Part shown: positions 14,928 through 23,995 of the stretch, one piece after another
Position numbering within the stretch: position 1 is the stretch's first letter
Layout: every line of letters begins with the position of its first letter
Sequence record: OQ790161.1
Length of the DNA: 64,000 nucleotides
Strand: one strand, 5' to 3'
Made by a program: the position numbers and the translations under genes
The notes under the pieces: generated by a model
Told to the model about the DNA's origin: nothing
What the model saw: the letters and a program-made list of their open reading frames with translations, nothing else
Database searches by the model: none

Positions 14928-14954
14928 AGCCCCACCCTTCGGGGTGGGGCTTTT
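14928..14954 (+). terminator. Terminator closing tRNA cluster
   Basis: agccccaccc-ttcg-gggtggggct-ttt. Confidence 0.85.
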
Positions 14955-14971
14955 ATTCCGGGGAGTGGGTA

Positions 14972-15310
14972 ATGTTTGATGAATCACTGGTAAGCAGCGA
15001 AGTCTGTATCCAGTGCGGGGCCTGCTGCTCAGTGTATATCCGAAAGGGCACCACCGAGTTGGTATCAATGGATGAGATCGACTCCGACGAGGACGTTGAA
15101 CTTGTTACTTGTCCGCACTTGCAAGTGGAACAGGGGCGGTACGTTTGCGGGAACTACGAGAACCGACCGCAGGTGTGTCGAGATTACAGCTGTCTTCGTC
15201 GAGCCAATGAACAAGGCCTTGAGATGTCTGAGGATAAGGTCCTAGCCAGGCGGGTGCGGCAAACGGTGCGTCAGGTGCACAAACGCGAGATCGAGCTCGT
15301 GCTCCTGTAA
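14972..15310 (+). CDS. YkgJ/UPF0153-family cysteine-cluster protein
   Basis: CIQCGACC...CPHL...CGNYENRPQVCRDYSC. Confidence 0.85.
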   Translation: MFDESLVSSEVCIQCGACCSVYIRKGTTELVSMDEIDSDEDVELVTCPHLQVEQGRYVCGNYENRPQVCRDYSCLRRANEQGLEMSEDKVLARRVRQTVRQVHKREIELVLL

Positions 15311-15339
15311 CAGGCGATCAACCACTAGAGTACGTCACG

Positions 15340-16149
15340 ATGATGGCCAGTAAAGTCATCCAAGTCTGGCACGAAGATTCTCCGGGCATGCGCGTGTATG
15401 TCAAACGGGGATGGATCAAACGGTTGTTGTACAACAAGCGCTTCGCCCACGTTGGTGAGAAGCACTTGACAGTTGAACAGTTGGAGCCCACTAAAGCGAA
15501 AGCTTTGGAACTGGCGAAAATCTTCCATGCTTTATATGAACGCTATGCATCTTCTGTGGGGTACGCTACCCGCGTGGAGACGCGTGCGTTCAATCCCAAC
15601 ACGCCGAATGGACGTTTGATGCAGAAGGTCTGTTTGGATTTGATCACAGGAGGTTTTCGTTTGAACGACACTGCCGAAGATACCGGACCCAGTGCCGCTG
15701 ACATCGTGAGTGGGTTGCGGTTGATGCCCATTCGCGTGGTACGCGCTGCGGTTCCGGAGGACAATGTTGAGGGCGACCAGACCGAAGTAGAGTTGCAGAT
15801 GCATGTAGCAGACGCCGAGGCCAATGCTACGATGTCCTTGCTGTTCTCCGACGGGCAGGTCGTGTACATCCGCTTGGATGAGAACACCTTCAACGTTACT
15901 CCCGCCGAAACCAGTCGCATCCTCTATGAGCTGAGTGATTACATCAATGCTCAGTTGTTCACCCTTCAGAGCCAGCTGCGCGTGAGCGCCGCCGAGTTCT
16001 GGTGGAAAGAGGAGTCGGTGCTGGAAATGGAACATCGCTCCCGCCAACAGATCCCCCCGTCTGTCTGGGAGTCCACGCTCCAAGATCCAGCCTTCCAAGC
16101 CCAGTCCGGCATTACCCGAGTGAGTCAGTCCGAAGCCGAACCCAGCTGA
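15340..16149 (+). CDS. Hypothetical protein
   Basis: 269-aa ORF in operon. Confidence 0.75.
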   Translation: MMASKVIQVWHEDSPGMRVYVKRGWIKRLLYNKRFAHVGEKHLTVEQLEPTKAKALELAKIFHALYERYASSVGYATRVETRAFNPNTPNGRLMQKVCLDLITGGFRLNDTAEDTGPSAADIVSGLRLMPIRVVRAAVPEDNVEGDQTEVELQMHVADAEANATMSLLFSDGQVVYIRLDENTFNVTPAETSRILYELSDYINAQLFTLQSQLRVSAAEFWWKEESVLEMEHRSRQQIPPSVWESTLQDPAFQAQSGITRVSQSEAEPS

Positions 16150-16176
16150 TCCTATGGAGGCTGTACCTCCTGAAGG

Positions 16177-16410
16177 ATGATACCCATGTTTACCCTGTTC
16201 TCGTTCCTGCTCCAGCTGGTGGGAGTGATCGGTCTGCTGTTCTCGCTGTTCGTTTTCTACCACGTCGCTCGTCCGCAGAAAGGACCGGCTGACACCAGCA
16301 ATCGGATCAACAAGATCCGCCTGTTGTGGTTCTGCTTGACTCGGGAAAATCTCTTTGTGGATACCTTCCCGTGGTTGAAGAACGACGAGCTGGAAAACGT
16401 CACCAAGTGA
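16177..16410 (+). CDS. Hypothetical membrane protein
   Basis: N-terminal TM helix. Confidence 0.7.
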   Translation: MIPMFTLFSFLLQLVGVIGLLFSLFVFYHVARPQKGPADTSNRINKIRLLWFCLTRENLFVDTFPWLKNDELENVTK

Positions 16411-16411
16411 G

Positions 16412-16446
16412 CATATGGCCCCCTGCCTTCGGGCAGGGGGCCTATG
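16412..16446. terminator. CATA-hairpin-TATG module
   Basis: cata-t-ggccccctgcc-ttcg-ggcagggggcc-tatg. Confidence 0.75.
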
Positions 16447-16504
16447 TCCTGATGTTCATTTTTACTGTGAAGGCTAACCGTATAACCCTAACCAATGAAT
16501 AGCC

Positions 16505-17002
16505 ATGCTCGTTCAATCCCACCGTAAGTTTGTGGTCGACTGCGAATACAGCGGCGAGACCAACCAGATCATCTCCGTGGCTATCGTGCCGTTGTGGTAT
16601 GACCACTTCAGCAAGCCCGGCCTGATCGTTGAGGTTCCCGAACGGGAGTTCTACGAAGTGATCTCTCCGCTGCCGCAAGGAATGAGCGAGTGGGTCAAGA
16701 CCAAAGTGGTGCCGCACCTGAACAAGCCGGGGATCAGCTACCAGCAGTTCCAAGAGAAGCTGGCAGCGTTCTTCTCGGCCCACCAGATCGAAGAGCTCCA
16801 TTACGACTGGTGCGATGACATCGCCTACATCAACCGCCTGATGATCACCGGGCCGGGTGAGCGTATCGGGATGGGTGGACGCTTCCTCAGCCATATCCAC
16901 CACCCGGACATCGAATACACCTCCAAGACCGCACACAACGCGCTCCACGACGCACGCGCATTGGCAGCGGCCATTCGTGAACGCATCTTTGAGCTGGCCT
17001 GA
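16505..17002 (+). CDS. DEDDh 3'-5' exonuclease (Rv2179c-like)
   Basis: VDCEY (exo I), DWCDD (exo II), HNALHDA (exo III). Confidence 0.85.
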   Translation: MLVQSHRKFVVDCEYSGETNQIISVAIVPLWYDHFSKPGLIVEVPEREFYEVISPLPQGMSEWVKTKVVPHLNKPGISYQQFQEKLAAFFSAHQIEELHYDWCDDIAYINRLMITGPGERIGMGGRFLSHIHHPDIEYTSKTAHNALHDARALAAAIRERIFELA

Positions 17003-17020
17003 GTACGGCTTTAAATGCGT

Positions 17021-17034
17021 TTCAGACCCATACT
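17021..17034 (+). promoter_or_regulatory. Phage promoter-like box TTCARA-NN-YATAMY
   Basis: ttcagacccatact; related copies at 19058, 28743, 30922, 34400, 41052, 54162, 57662, all intergenic ahead of + strand genes. Confidence 0.55.
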
Positions 17035-17089
17035 ACCTATGGGATAACCTTTGCGCTTGAATTAGTGCACCATCCCAGGAGAGTTTGAA

Positions 17090-17539
17090 GTGGCATTTGA
17101 AACATTGGCAAAAGAAGCAACCGATCAACGCGAGGTGTTCAATACCCTCTACGGCTATCTGCCGCGCGTGCAGTTCGAAGAAAGCTGGCTGGCCCGTAAC
17201 GGTGATCCGATCTACCTGCTCAAGGAACGGTCGCTGACCACCTCGGCATCCAGCACGATGCCCGATGGTCGTCGGGTGTTGTTCATCCTCACCCAAGGCG
17301 GCTTGCCGCTGGTGGCCTTCGACAAGTGGGCCGGTCGGTCGGACATGTCTCCGCTGGAGTACGTCTACCCGGAAGGCTTCGATATGATCGATGCCCCGTT
17401 CGAGTTCCTGCGTCGTTCTTACGAGAACGTCCTGGCGCAATGGGTGGAAGGCAATCGGCAGGCGATCGGTGTCAGCGACATCATCATGCCGTCCATCCAG
17501 AAGGCACTGTCTGAAGAACTGCCGACCGTCGACTTCTGA
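17090..17539 (+). CDS. Hypothetical protein
   Basis: AGGAG RBS, GTG start. Confidence 0.75.
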   Translation: MAFETLAKEATDQREVFNTLYGYLPRVQFEESWLARNGDPIYLLKERSLTTSASSTMPDGRRVLFILTQGGLPLVAFDKWAGRSDMSPLEYVYPEGFDMIDAPFEFLRRSYENVLAQWVEGNRQAIGVSDIIMPSIQKALSEELPTVDF

Positions 17540-17550
17540 GGAGTAACTAC

Positions 17551-17724
17551 ATGCACGGACCCCGTCAATGGTTGGGCATTGCTGAAGTGCGCAGCCTTGA
17601 ACGCAACAAGATCAAACCCAACGCCGCCAACCCGCCCAAGGTCGCTCCACCCCAGCGTGTCTTCGGCGGTAAGCATGGGCCCCAACCGCACGCGACCGGA
17701 GAACTGTCGCTCTACTTCTGGTAA
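17551..17724 (+). CDS. Small hypothetical protein (57 aa)
   Basis: GAGGAG RBS; not in ORF track. Confidence 0.55.
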   Translation: MHGPRQWLGIAEVRSLERNKIKPNAANPPKVAPPQRVFGGKHGPQPHATGELSLYFW

Positions 17725-17728
17725 CCTC

Positions 17729-18034
17729 ATGTACGACCTGTTCAATGTCTTGGCTTGGATCTGGATTGTCGTCCTTGCCTTCATGCTGATCGTGGGAATA
17801 TGGGCGACGCTCTACCGGATCTTTGTTTCCGGCTACCCACGTTCCCTCAAACTGCGCATAGCCACTTTCGGTCAGCTCTACGGCAGAACTTGGCTCATCC
17901 CGGCGCTGGCTACGGCGGTCGCCTTGACCGTCGACTTCGATCCGGACCTTCAATGGTGGGTGGTCGTCACTTCGGTGGCGTTCATCATTTTGCGTTTCAT
18001 CAACGTCTTTGCAACCAAGGTAGTCAATCCGTGA
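17729..18034 (+). CDS. Hypothetical membrane protein
   Basis: Three hydrophobic segments from ATG 17729. Confidence 0.7.
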   Translation: MYDLFNVLAWIWIVVLAFMLIVGIWATLYRIFVSGYPRSLKLRIATFGQLYGRTWLIPALATAVALTVDFDPDLQWWVVVTSVAFIILRFINVFATKVVNP

Positions 18035-18096
18035 GCAACTCTGCATACAAGGCATTCTCGTTAGGTGGCTAGAGCCACTTAACTAGGAGCCTCAAA

Positions 18097-18432
18097 ATGT
18101 CCCGTACCACCCGTCGTAAACACAACAACGCAACCTGGCATTACTACGGCGGTTTCGACCGCTACGCAGGATATTGGTGGATGGAGGATGCGGCAGCGCG
18201 CAAGGGACTGACCGTCCGCGAACTGTACGAACGCGATGTCCGCCACTACCACATGGATCGCAGCGGCGAAGGTCGCCGCAAGCCGCCGCGTTGGTTCCGC
18301 AATATGTACGGCAGTGAATGGGTGCGTCGCCGTAATCGCGACCAGCTCATCTGCCATCTGCGTGACGATAGTTTCGACAATCATCTGCCGGAACCCTTCA
18401 AGGGCCGTGCCGGTTTTCGTATCTACCTCTAA
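18097..18432 (+). CDS. Basic hypothetical protein
   Basis: AGGAG RBS; Arg-rich. Confidence 0.75.
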   Translation: MSRTTRRKHNNATWHYYGGFDRYAGYWWMEDAAARKGLTVRELYERDVRHYHMDRSGEGRRKPPRWFRNMYGSEWVRRRNRDQLICHLRDDSFDNHLPEPFKGRAGFRIYL

Positions 18433-18448
18433 TCGTGAGATCTGTCTG

Positions 18449-18592
18449 ATGTGGAAGCGTATTCGTTCTTTCTACCGTGGCCTGCGTGAGTGGCGTCCCG
18501 GTATGACCACCAAGTACAAGTGCGAGTCCCGTCAGGCAGCTTACGAGCTGGGCCGTGTGTGGGGACGTCGCCTGTCTCCTGCACGTTACTAA
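18449..18592 (+). CDS. Small basic hypothetical protein
   Basis: MWKRIRSFYRGLREW... Confidence 0.55.
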   Translation: MWKRIRSFYRGLREWRPGMTTKYKCESRQAAYELGRVWGRRLSPARY

Positions 18593-18687
18593 GGAACTGA
18601 CAACATGAAGCGAGTGCTTCCGAAGACTCCGTTCAGAGGCAGCCCCTGCACGCGATGTGCAGGGGGCCCTAACGGAGGAAACCGTAC

Positions 18688-18948
18688 ATGTCGTTCAACC
18701 GCGCAGAGCGCCGCCATCACTACCGCCGCATGATCGTTAAACGTGCAAAGCAGGACTCCCGTTACGGGGTCGCATTGCCGAACGAAAAAGAGTGGCGTTT
18801 CATGAACGCACGCGTCCGTGCCCGCACGGGTACGTTGTGTTCGTGCTCGATGTGCTGCAGTCCGCGTCGTACCTACGGTAACTCCCGCGCATCCTTGACC
18901 TTCCAGGAATTGGCCGCGTTGGAGAACCTGAAGGAGCGCGACGAATAA
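18688..18948 (+). CDS. Basic hypothetical protein with CSCSMCC
   Basis: GGAGG RBS. Confidence 0.75.
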   Translation: MSFNRAERRHHYRRMIVKRAKQDSRYGVALPNEKEWRFMNARVRARTGTLCSCSMCCSPRRTYGNSRASLTFQELAALENLKERDE

Positions 18949-18953
18949 GTTCT

Positions 18954-18983
18954 ACCCTCCCCCGAAAGGGGGAGGGGGTTATG
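18954..18983. terminator. GAAA hairpin followed by TATG
   Basis: accctccccc-gaaa-gggggagggggt-tatg. Confidence 0.7.
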
Positions 18984-18999
18984 CCCTCATTCTTTTTTG

Positions 19000-19028
19000 T
19001 TGTCTTCTCAATTGGACGCTGCTACAAT
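19000..19028 (+). promoter_or_regulatory. Sigma70-like promoter
   Basis: TTGTCT-17 nt-TACAAT with TG-N extension. Confidence 0.5.
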
Positions 19029-19117
19029 AGAGCCATGGAAGAACGAATCAAACGGATTTGAGACATATAACACTCTAGTGTAGTAGGCCCCATCCAATCG
19101 ATCAAGGATCAGAAACA

Positions 19118-19345
19118 ATGAATGGAAAGTACGAAGGTCCCGGCGCATTTCTCAAGAACTATCTGGAAGAGAAAGCAAAGGAACCCAAGCCGCCAAAGCG
19201 TATGTCGCGTCACCCTCACGCTTTGGAAGAGGATGAGCCCACCATGTCGCTGGACAGTTCGATGGACTTGCTGTATATCCACGACGAGTTGATCATCGAC
19301 GAAGACGACATCCGTCCCTACGGACCTGAGTTCGACTTCGAATAA
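19118..19345 (+). CDS. Acidic hypothetical protein
   Basis: AAGGA RBS. Confidence 0.7.
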   Translation: MNGKYEGPGAFLKNYLEEKAKEPKPPKRMSRHPHALEEDEPTMSLDSSMDLLYIHDELIIDEDDIRPYGPEFDFE

Positions 19346-19398
19346 CCCACCCACAGGGTCGACCCGCCGGTCGGCCCTTCTCGTATGCGGAGCTTTGA

Positions 19399-19560
19399 AT
19401 GTCTCACTGGACTGAAATCAAGATGGACGGAATCATCAAGGGCAACGCTGATATTGAAGACCCGGCGCAGGAAGAGCTGCGGCAAGCGTTGTTGGAGAAG
19501 GAAATGAAACAGCGTTTCCCCGAGTTCTTCCTGTCGTCAACCACTATTGAACGGAGCTGA
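19399..19560 (+). CDS. Small hypothetical protein (53 aa)
   Basis: GGAG RBS; MSHWTEIKMDG...; not in ORF track. Confidence 0.55.
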   Translation: MSHWTEIKMDGIIKGNADIEDPAQEELRQALLEKEMKQRFPEFFLSSTTIERS

Positions 19561-19562
19561 CC

Positions 19563-20744
19563 GTGAATACCGACATCAAGTACAACCCGCAAGACATCTG
19601 CAGCCTGTTGAACTCCTACTGGACCTTGCGGTTCCAGATGCACGTCCTGGAGCCGTTCACTGTGTCGGCCACCTACGGTTTGAGTGGGACAGGTTACACC
19701 CCGCGTCCGGTCGGTCTGACCATCATCACCAACGCGCCCGGTTGGCGCACATCGTTCTCCGACAACGGCATGATCAAACCGATCGGCTATGATCTCATGG
19801 CGGCAATTGCCGTAGTGCCCGGCACGGATGGATCGTTGTTGTCGGTGGAGTTGTTCGACACCGGTGCCAGCCACAGTCTCCTGATGACGCTGCTGAAGGC
19901 CGGCCATTACGTCGACAACCGCCGCTTGTTCTTGGACGGTAGTGACACCACGTGGGATCAGCTGGACCTGCAACTTTATGGTCCGTGGTTGACTGCTGAA
20001 GTCACCCGCCTGTTGGAGCTGCGTTCCTCCCAGCACCAGGCATTCCAGAAGGTGGGCCTGCAAGGGAAGTCCGAGTCCCTGCACCTGACCCGCCTAATCC
20101 ATGACTACGTGCTGTTGCGTCAGTCGCTGGAGCCGCGCTTTGAAATCCCCAAGATCCGCACCGTGGAAGTGAACATCCTCGATCCGGGGCTCTTCCGTTA
20201 CGGCGATCCGGTGGAAAGCGGTCAGGAGGTCGAACGTGAGACCTACTTGGACACGCCCGACTCCAACGGCGGCGTTGTTGTCGATACCGATACCAGCAAG
20301 CACGATCAGCTGGTCTATCAGATCCCGCAGGCATCCAACTGGCATGACGCTACCGAGAACGAAGAACCGATCGTGCTGACGGTGTTCGTTTCCGGTGCGA
20401 TCGATGGCCGGGTGTGCGAACTGTCCACGTTGGGGCTGGAGGGCAGCAACCGCAACAACGCCCGGCTGTTCTTGGGTGACACGCCGGTACAGTGGTCGGA
20501 GCTGGGTGCGCTGAAGGGCTTCATCCAGTCGGTGGAGGGTGACCTGGAACATTGGCAGGCGATCGCCGATGCCAACAAGCCCGAACCTGTCGTGGCCCGT
20601 CCGGCCAATGCCCTGGCCACTGAACTGCGTGAATTGGCCGATCTGCTGGATGCCCACGGCACTCCCAGCGTTGAAGCTGAAAAGATGATCCGCAGTGTTG
20701 TGGACTACGGTAAGTCGGTGATTACGCAGTTGGTGCAGAAGTAA
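19563..20744 (+). CDS. Hypothetical protein
   Basis: 393-aa ORF, GTG start. Confidence 0.8.
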   Translation: MNTDIKYNPQDICSLLNSYWTLRFQMHVLEPFTVSATYGLSGTGYTPRPVGLTIITNAPGWRTSFSDNGMIKPIGYDLMAAIAVVPGTDGSLLSVELFDTGASHSLLMTLLKAGHYVDNRRLFLDGSDTTWDQLDLQLYGPWLTAEVTRLLELRSSQHQAFQKVGLQGKSESLHLTRLIHDYVLLRQSLEPRFEIPKIRTVEVNILDPGLFRYGDPVESGQEVERETYLDTPDSNGGVVVDTDTSKHDQLVYQIPQASNWHDATENEEPIVLTVFVSGAIDGRVCELSTLGLEGSNRNNARLFLGDTPVQWSELGALKGFIQSVEGDLEHWQAIADANKPEPVVARPANALATELRELADLLDAHGTPSVEAEKMIRSVVDYGKSVITQLVQK

Positions 20745-20748
20745 GCGG

Positions 20749-20786
20749 CATACGCCCTGCTCCCTTCGGGGAGCAGGGCGGTTATG
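20749..20786. terminator. Bidirectional CATA-hairpin-TATG module between convergent genes
   Basis: cata-cgccctgctccc-ttcg-gggagcagggcg-gt-tatg. Confidence 0.8.
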
Positions 20787-20803
20787 CTGTCTTTCTTTTT
20801 GCT

Positions 20804-21343
20804 TTAGTCAGCCGGCGGCACGTAGGTCAGCCCGCTCAGGGTGTTGTTGGGAATGGCATCAGCCAACGCCACCTGCGGCAGATACAGCGTAACCACGCCG
20901 GTGCCGATGAAGATCAACGAGCCCGCCTTGGCCGTCAAGGTGACGGTGTGCTCTTCGTTGGGGACCAGCTCCCACGTGGGGAACTCGGTAGCCGTGAAGT
21001 CATCGCTGGTCAGGTTGATCTTGTACCGCGCATTGATCGCAGCGATCACATGGGCGACGGTGGTAACTTCATCGGTCTTCTCAAACCGCGCCGACTTCAG
21101 CGCCAGTACGGCAGCGAGGTCCAGGCGATCGTAGTAAACCGAACGTTGACCCAAGTAAGGGCCACCGACGACAGAGCTCAGTTCCAGCGAGGTGTTCTTC
21201 GCACCGTCTTCAACGGCCGGCACTGCAAAGGTGACCTGCGCATCGGTCAACGGCGAGGTCAGGGTACTGCTGTTTTCAGCATTGATCAGGTCAAGCAGAA
21301 TCTGCTTGGGCGCTTTGGTGAAATCGAGTACAGGGTTCGACAT
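20804..21343 (-). CDS. Virion structural protein, phiKZ-like paralog family (L-x-x-LIN...Y-x-R-L-D-L...SL-x-F-x-G)
   Basis: LLDLINAEN, YYDRLDL, INARYKINLTSDD, AGSLIFIG; same motifs in 22883, 23996 and 25109 genes. Confidence 0.7.
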   Translation of the reverse strand: MSNPVLDFTKAPKQILLDLINAENSSTLTSPLTDAQVTFAVPAVEDGAKNTSLELSSVVGGPYLGQRSVYYDRLDLAAVLALKSARFEKTDEVTTVAHVIAAINARYKINLTSDDFTATEFPTWELVPNEEHTVTLTAKAGSLIFIGTGVVTLYLPQVALADAIPNNTLSGLTYVPPAD

Positions 21344-21387
21344 GGTAAAGGTATCCTAGAGGCCAGCATAAAATAGGGGACTATTCT

Positions 21388-22581
21388 ATGACTCAATCAA
21401 GCCTAGAGGCTTTAAACATGACTGTTAAATTGATGATGGGCTTCGATCTGATCCCCGGTGCTTTCGCCGGCTCGCAGTTCTACCCCACTCCGGCGGGCAA
21501 CGGTCTCCAGCCATTCACCCTGTCGCACAACATCACCTTCACCGGTAGCGGTACCGCTACCGATTCGGTCGGTGTGACCGGACGTGTGGAAGACAGTATG
21601 GCCGATGGTCGACCGGGTATCGTCTGCTATCGCAGTACCGCCAATTATCGCCCCACTTTCAGCTTGGGCCTTGCCGCTACCGATCGTCCGATGCGGTCGG
21701 ACTTGGCGTATCGCTATACCGTGGGCTTCCGTTGGCGGGCAGGTGAAGGAAGCACCGCCACTCCCCTCAACGGCGATGCACTGCTCTCGGGTATGGGTCT
21801 GTCCAATCAGATCACCGTAACCACGACTTGGCTGGTTGCGCTTTACGGCACCAGCACGACTGCACGCTTGGTGAAGGGCCAAGAGTATTACTTCGAGTTC
21901 ACCATGGAACACAATGGTGTTTCTTCGGGCAGTACCTATATCCCGACGCTCACCCTGCGTATCGATGGTGAACTCATCATGACGCGCGAAGGCCCCACCA
22001 TGGCAACCAATACCACGGTGCAGTTCGCGCCGATGTTGGGTATCTTCCGGGCATCTTTGAGCGCGACCGCCAACGTCCAGCGCTGGCTGTTCAATGACAT
22101 CTACATCACCGACAACCAAGGTGATGCGCCGTTCAACGGCCCGCTCGGTCCGCAGCGCGTGCGACTGATCCATCCGGATGAAGTGGTGGCCAACACGTGG
22201 AACCTGTCTGAAGGTACCAACCCGCTCGCACTGATTGGTCAGGCCAACGGTCGCGATGACACCAAGTTCCTGACCGCCCCGGATGATGCGTCCCTGAGCA
22301 GCTATCACTTCGGCATTCCGACCAACGCCAAGTCCATCGTCAATGGCATTCAGCTCTATGCACGTGCCAAGCGCGAAGACGGCGCCAGTCGTCCGCTGCA
22401 AGGTGTGTTTGCCAAGGACGATGGGACGGTGATTGCCGAGACCGCACCGGTGTCGTTGAGCACGGTCTTCTCCGATGTGATGGTCGGCGGCTATACTCCC
22501 ACCAACGCTGCCGAAGCGGCGAACCTGCGCGACAGCGTGCTGCAGAATATGGTCATCTCTCTCAAGGCCCCCACGCCCTAA
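21388..22581 (+). CDS. Putative tail/virion beta-rich structural protein
   Basis: Gly/Thr-rich beta-sandwich-like sequence inside structural block. Confidence 0.55.
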   Translation: MTQSSLEALNMTVKLMMGFDLIPGAFAGSQFYPTPAGNGLQPFTLSHNITFTGSGTATDSVGVTGRVEDSMADGRPGIVCYRSTANYRPTFSLGLAATDRPMRSDLAYRYTVGFRWRAGEGSTATPLNGDALLSGMGLSNQITVTTTWLVALYGTSTTARLVKGQEYYFEFTMEHNGVSSGSTYIPTLTLRIDGELIMTREGPTMATNTTVQFAPMLGIFRASLSATANVQRWLFNDIYITDNQGDAPFNGPLGPQRVRLIHPDEVVANTWNLSEGTNPLALIGQANGRDDTKFLTAPDDASLSSYHFGIPTNAKSIVNGIQLYARAKREDGASRPLQGVFAKDDGTVIAETAPVSLSTVFSDVMVGGYTPTNAAEAANLRDSVLQNMVISLKAPTP

Positions 22582-22588
22582 GGAGTGA

Positions 22589-22870
22589 ATGATGGCTACT
22601 CAACCAAAAGTAGGGCAGTTGTTTGCCTACGCAGCCACCAAGCAGATCTCCAAAGTACAGCTGCCGGATTTCTACGGCTATGCGTTGATCAGTGACACCG
22701 AGCTGGGTTTTGTCCCCTCACTCAATGCATCTGCTCTTTATGGATACGCGCTTGTGGGGTCGACAGGCACCAATCGTGTTGGTGGAACATACGGCTATGT
22801 TTTGGTTTCCGACAAAGAACTACGCATTGCCGATGCCACCGGTGAACTTCTTCAGCAACGTCAAATCTAG
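22589..22870 (+). CDS. Putative small virion protein with repeated YGYAL motif
   Basis: FYGYAL, LYGYAL, TYGYVL repeats; AAGGAG RBS. Confidence 0.6.
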   Translation: MMATQPKVGQLFAYAATKQISKVQLPDFYGYALISDTELGFVPSLNASALYGYALVGSTGTNRVGGTYGYVLVSDKELRIADATGELLQQRQI

Positions 22871-22882
22871 GAGTAAGTGACC

Positions 22883-23438
22883 ATGAGCGATCTGTCGCTT
22901 ACCCCCAAGGCCGGGTTGTTGGCCTTGATCAACCAGAACACCACGGCCCCAGCGGCCGTGGAGGACGTACAGGAGTTTTATCCACCGGAGGTCATCGAGG
23001 ACGCCGTCGCGGGACAGCCCAATACGCGCATCACCTTGAAGACCACGATGGACTTCAGTCATGCAGGCCGTGCGACGTTTGAATACGAGCGTATCGATCT
23101 GGCAGGGTTCACACCCTACAACCTCACCGCCACTGTGGAAGACGTCGGTACCTTGGAGCAGTATCAAACGATGCTGACCAATCGCTACGGTATCTACCTG
23201 GGCGCGGAGGAGATCGAACCGGATGTTCCCTTTGACGTCAGTGGGGGGTGAGCTTGAATACACCCTGACCTTCAATGCCAAACCCAACGCGCTGATGTAT
23301 ATCGGCTCGGGGCAGTTCAAGGTGAAGGTCAACTGGCGCTTTGATGATCCTGAGTGGATCGAGCAAAACATCAACCGACTGCGCGTGCTGTTCCAAAACG
23401 ACCTGCCCCTGTCCATCCTTTCTTTCATGAATAAATAG
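22883..23438 (+). pseudogene. Virion paralog-family gene split by an extra G in a G6 run (23243-23248)
   Basis: N-half LLALIN/YERIDL ends at TGA 23249-23251; C-half TFNAKPNALMYIGSG continues in the next frame. Confidence 0.65.
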
Positions 23439-23445
23439 GTGAGCC

Positions 23446-23985
23446 GTGGCTACCCAAACTGAACTCTTGGAACGCCAAGAGGTTGCAACCAACGAGCTGG
23501 AAGTGCTCAAGGGTTTGTTCCACCAATTCCTCAACGGCCCGGCCAATGCTTCTGTGGTGACCGAGGCTGGCACGATCCCCACCTTGAGTGGTCTGATCGA
23601 AGAGGTGCGTTTGCGCGTTGGTCAACGCCGCAACCCCATCAACTACTCGGTCTTTGAACTGCTGCGTTACGAAGAGCAGGCCGAACCGATGTTCATGCTG
23701 GTCACCGACGTGCCGTTGTGGTTCACCGCGGACTTGCTCAATTCGTATTTCCGCTTGGGCACTGCGCCCAGCGGTGCCGAGGTCAAGTTCAACCTGAACA
23801 TCAATGGCACCGTGTATGTCATCACCTTCGCTGCCGGTTCCACGGTGGGTACGGTGGCGGCACTGGGTGCAGCCATTGCAGTGCCGGCAGGTTCTGTGAT
23901 CACGCTGTCGCTGGCTGGCCCTTCCTATGCGGCCAAGGGGTTTGCCATGACCTTGGTTGGTCTGGTGGAAGCCCCCACGCCCTAA
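23446..23985 (+). CDS. Putative virion structural protein
   Basis: In structural operon; N-terminal LHQFLNGPANASVVTEAGTIPTLSGL typical of phage fibre-associated proteins. Confidence 0.6.
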   Translation: MATQTELLERQEVATNELEVLKGLFHQFLNGPANASVVTEAGTIPTLSGLIEEVRLRVGQRRNPINYSVFELLRYEEQAEPMFMLVTDVPLWFTADLLNSYFRLGTAPSGAEVKFNLNINGTVYVITFAAGSTVGTVAALGAAIAVPAGSVITLSLAGPSYAAKGFAMTLVGLVEAPTP

Positions 23986-23995
23986 GAGGTGACTC

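Noticed and set aside
5367-14930. tRNA-associated theta (HDV-like) ribozymes
   Set aside because: No tRNA 3' end is followed by a G-initiated P1 and nested double-pseudoknot pattern that I could build
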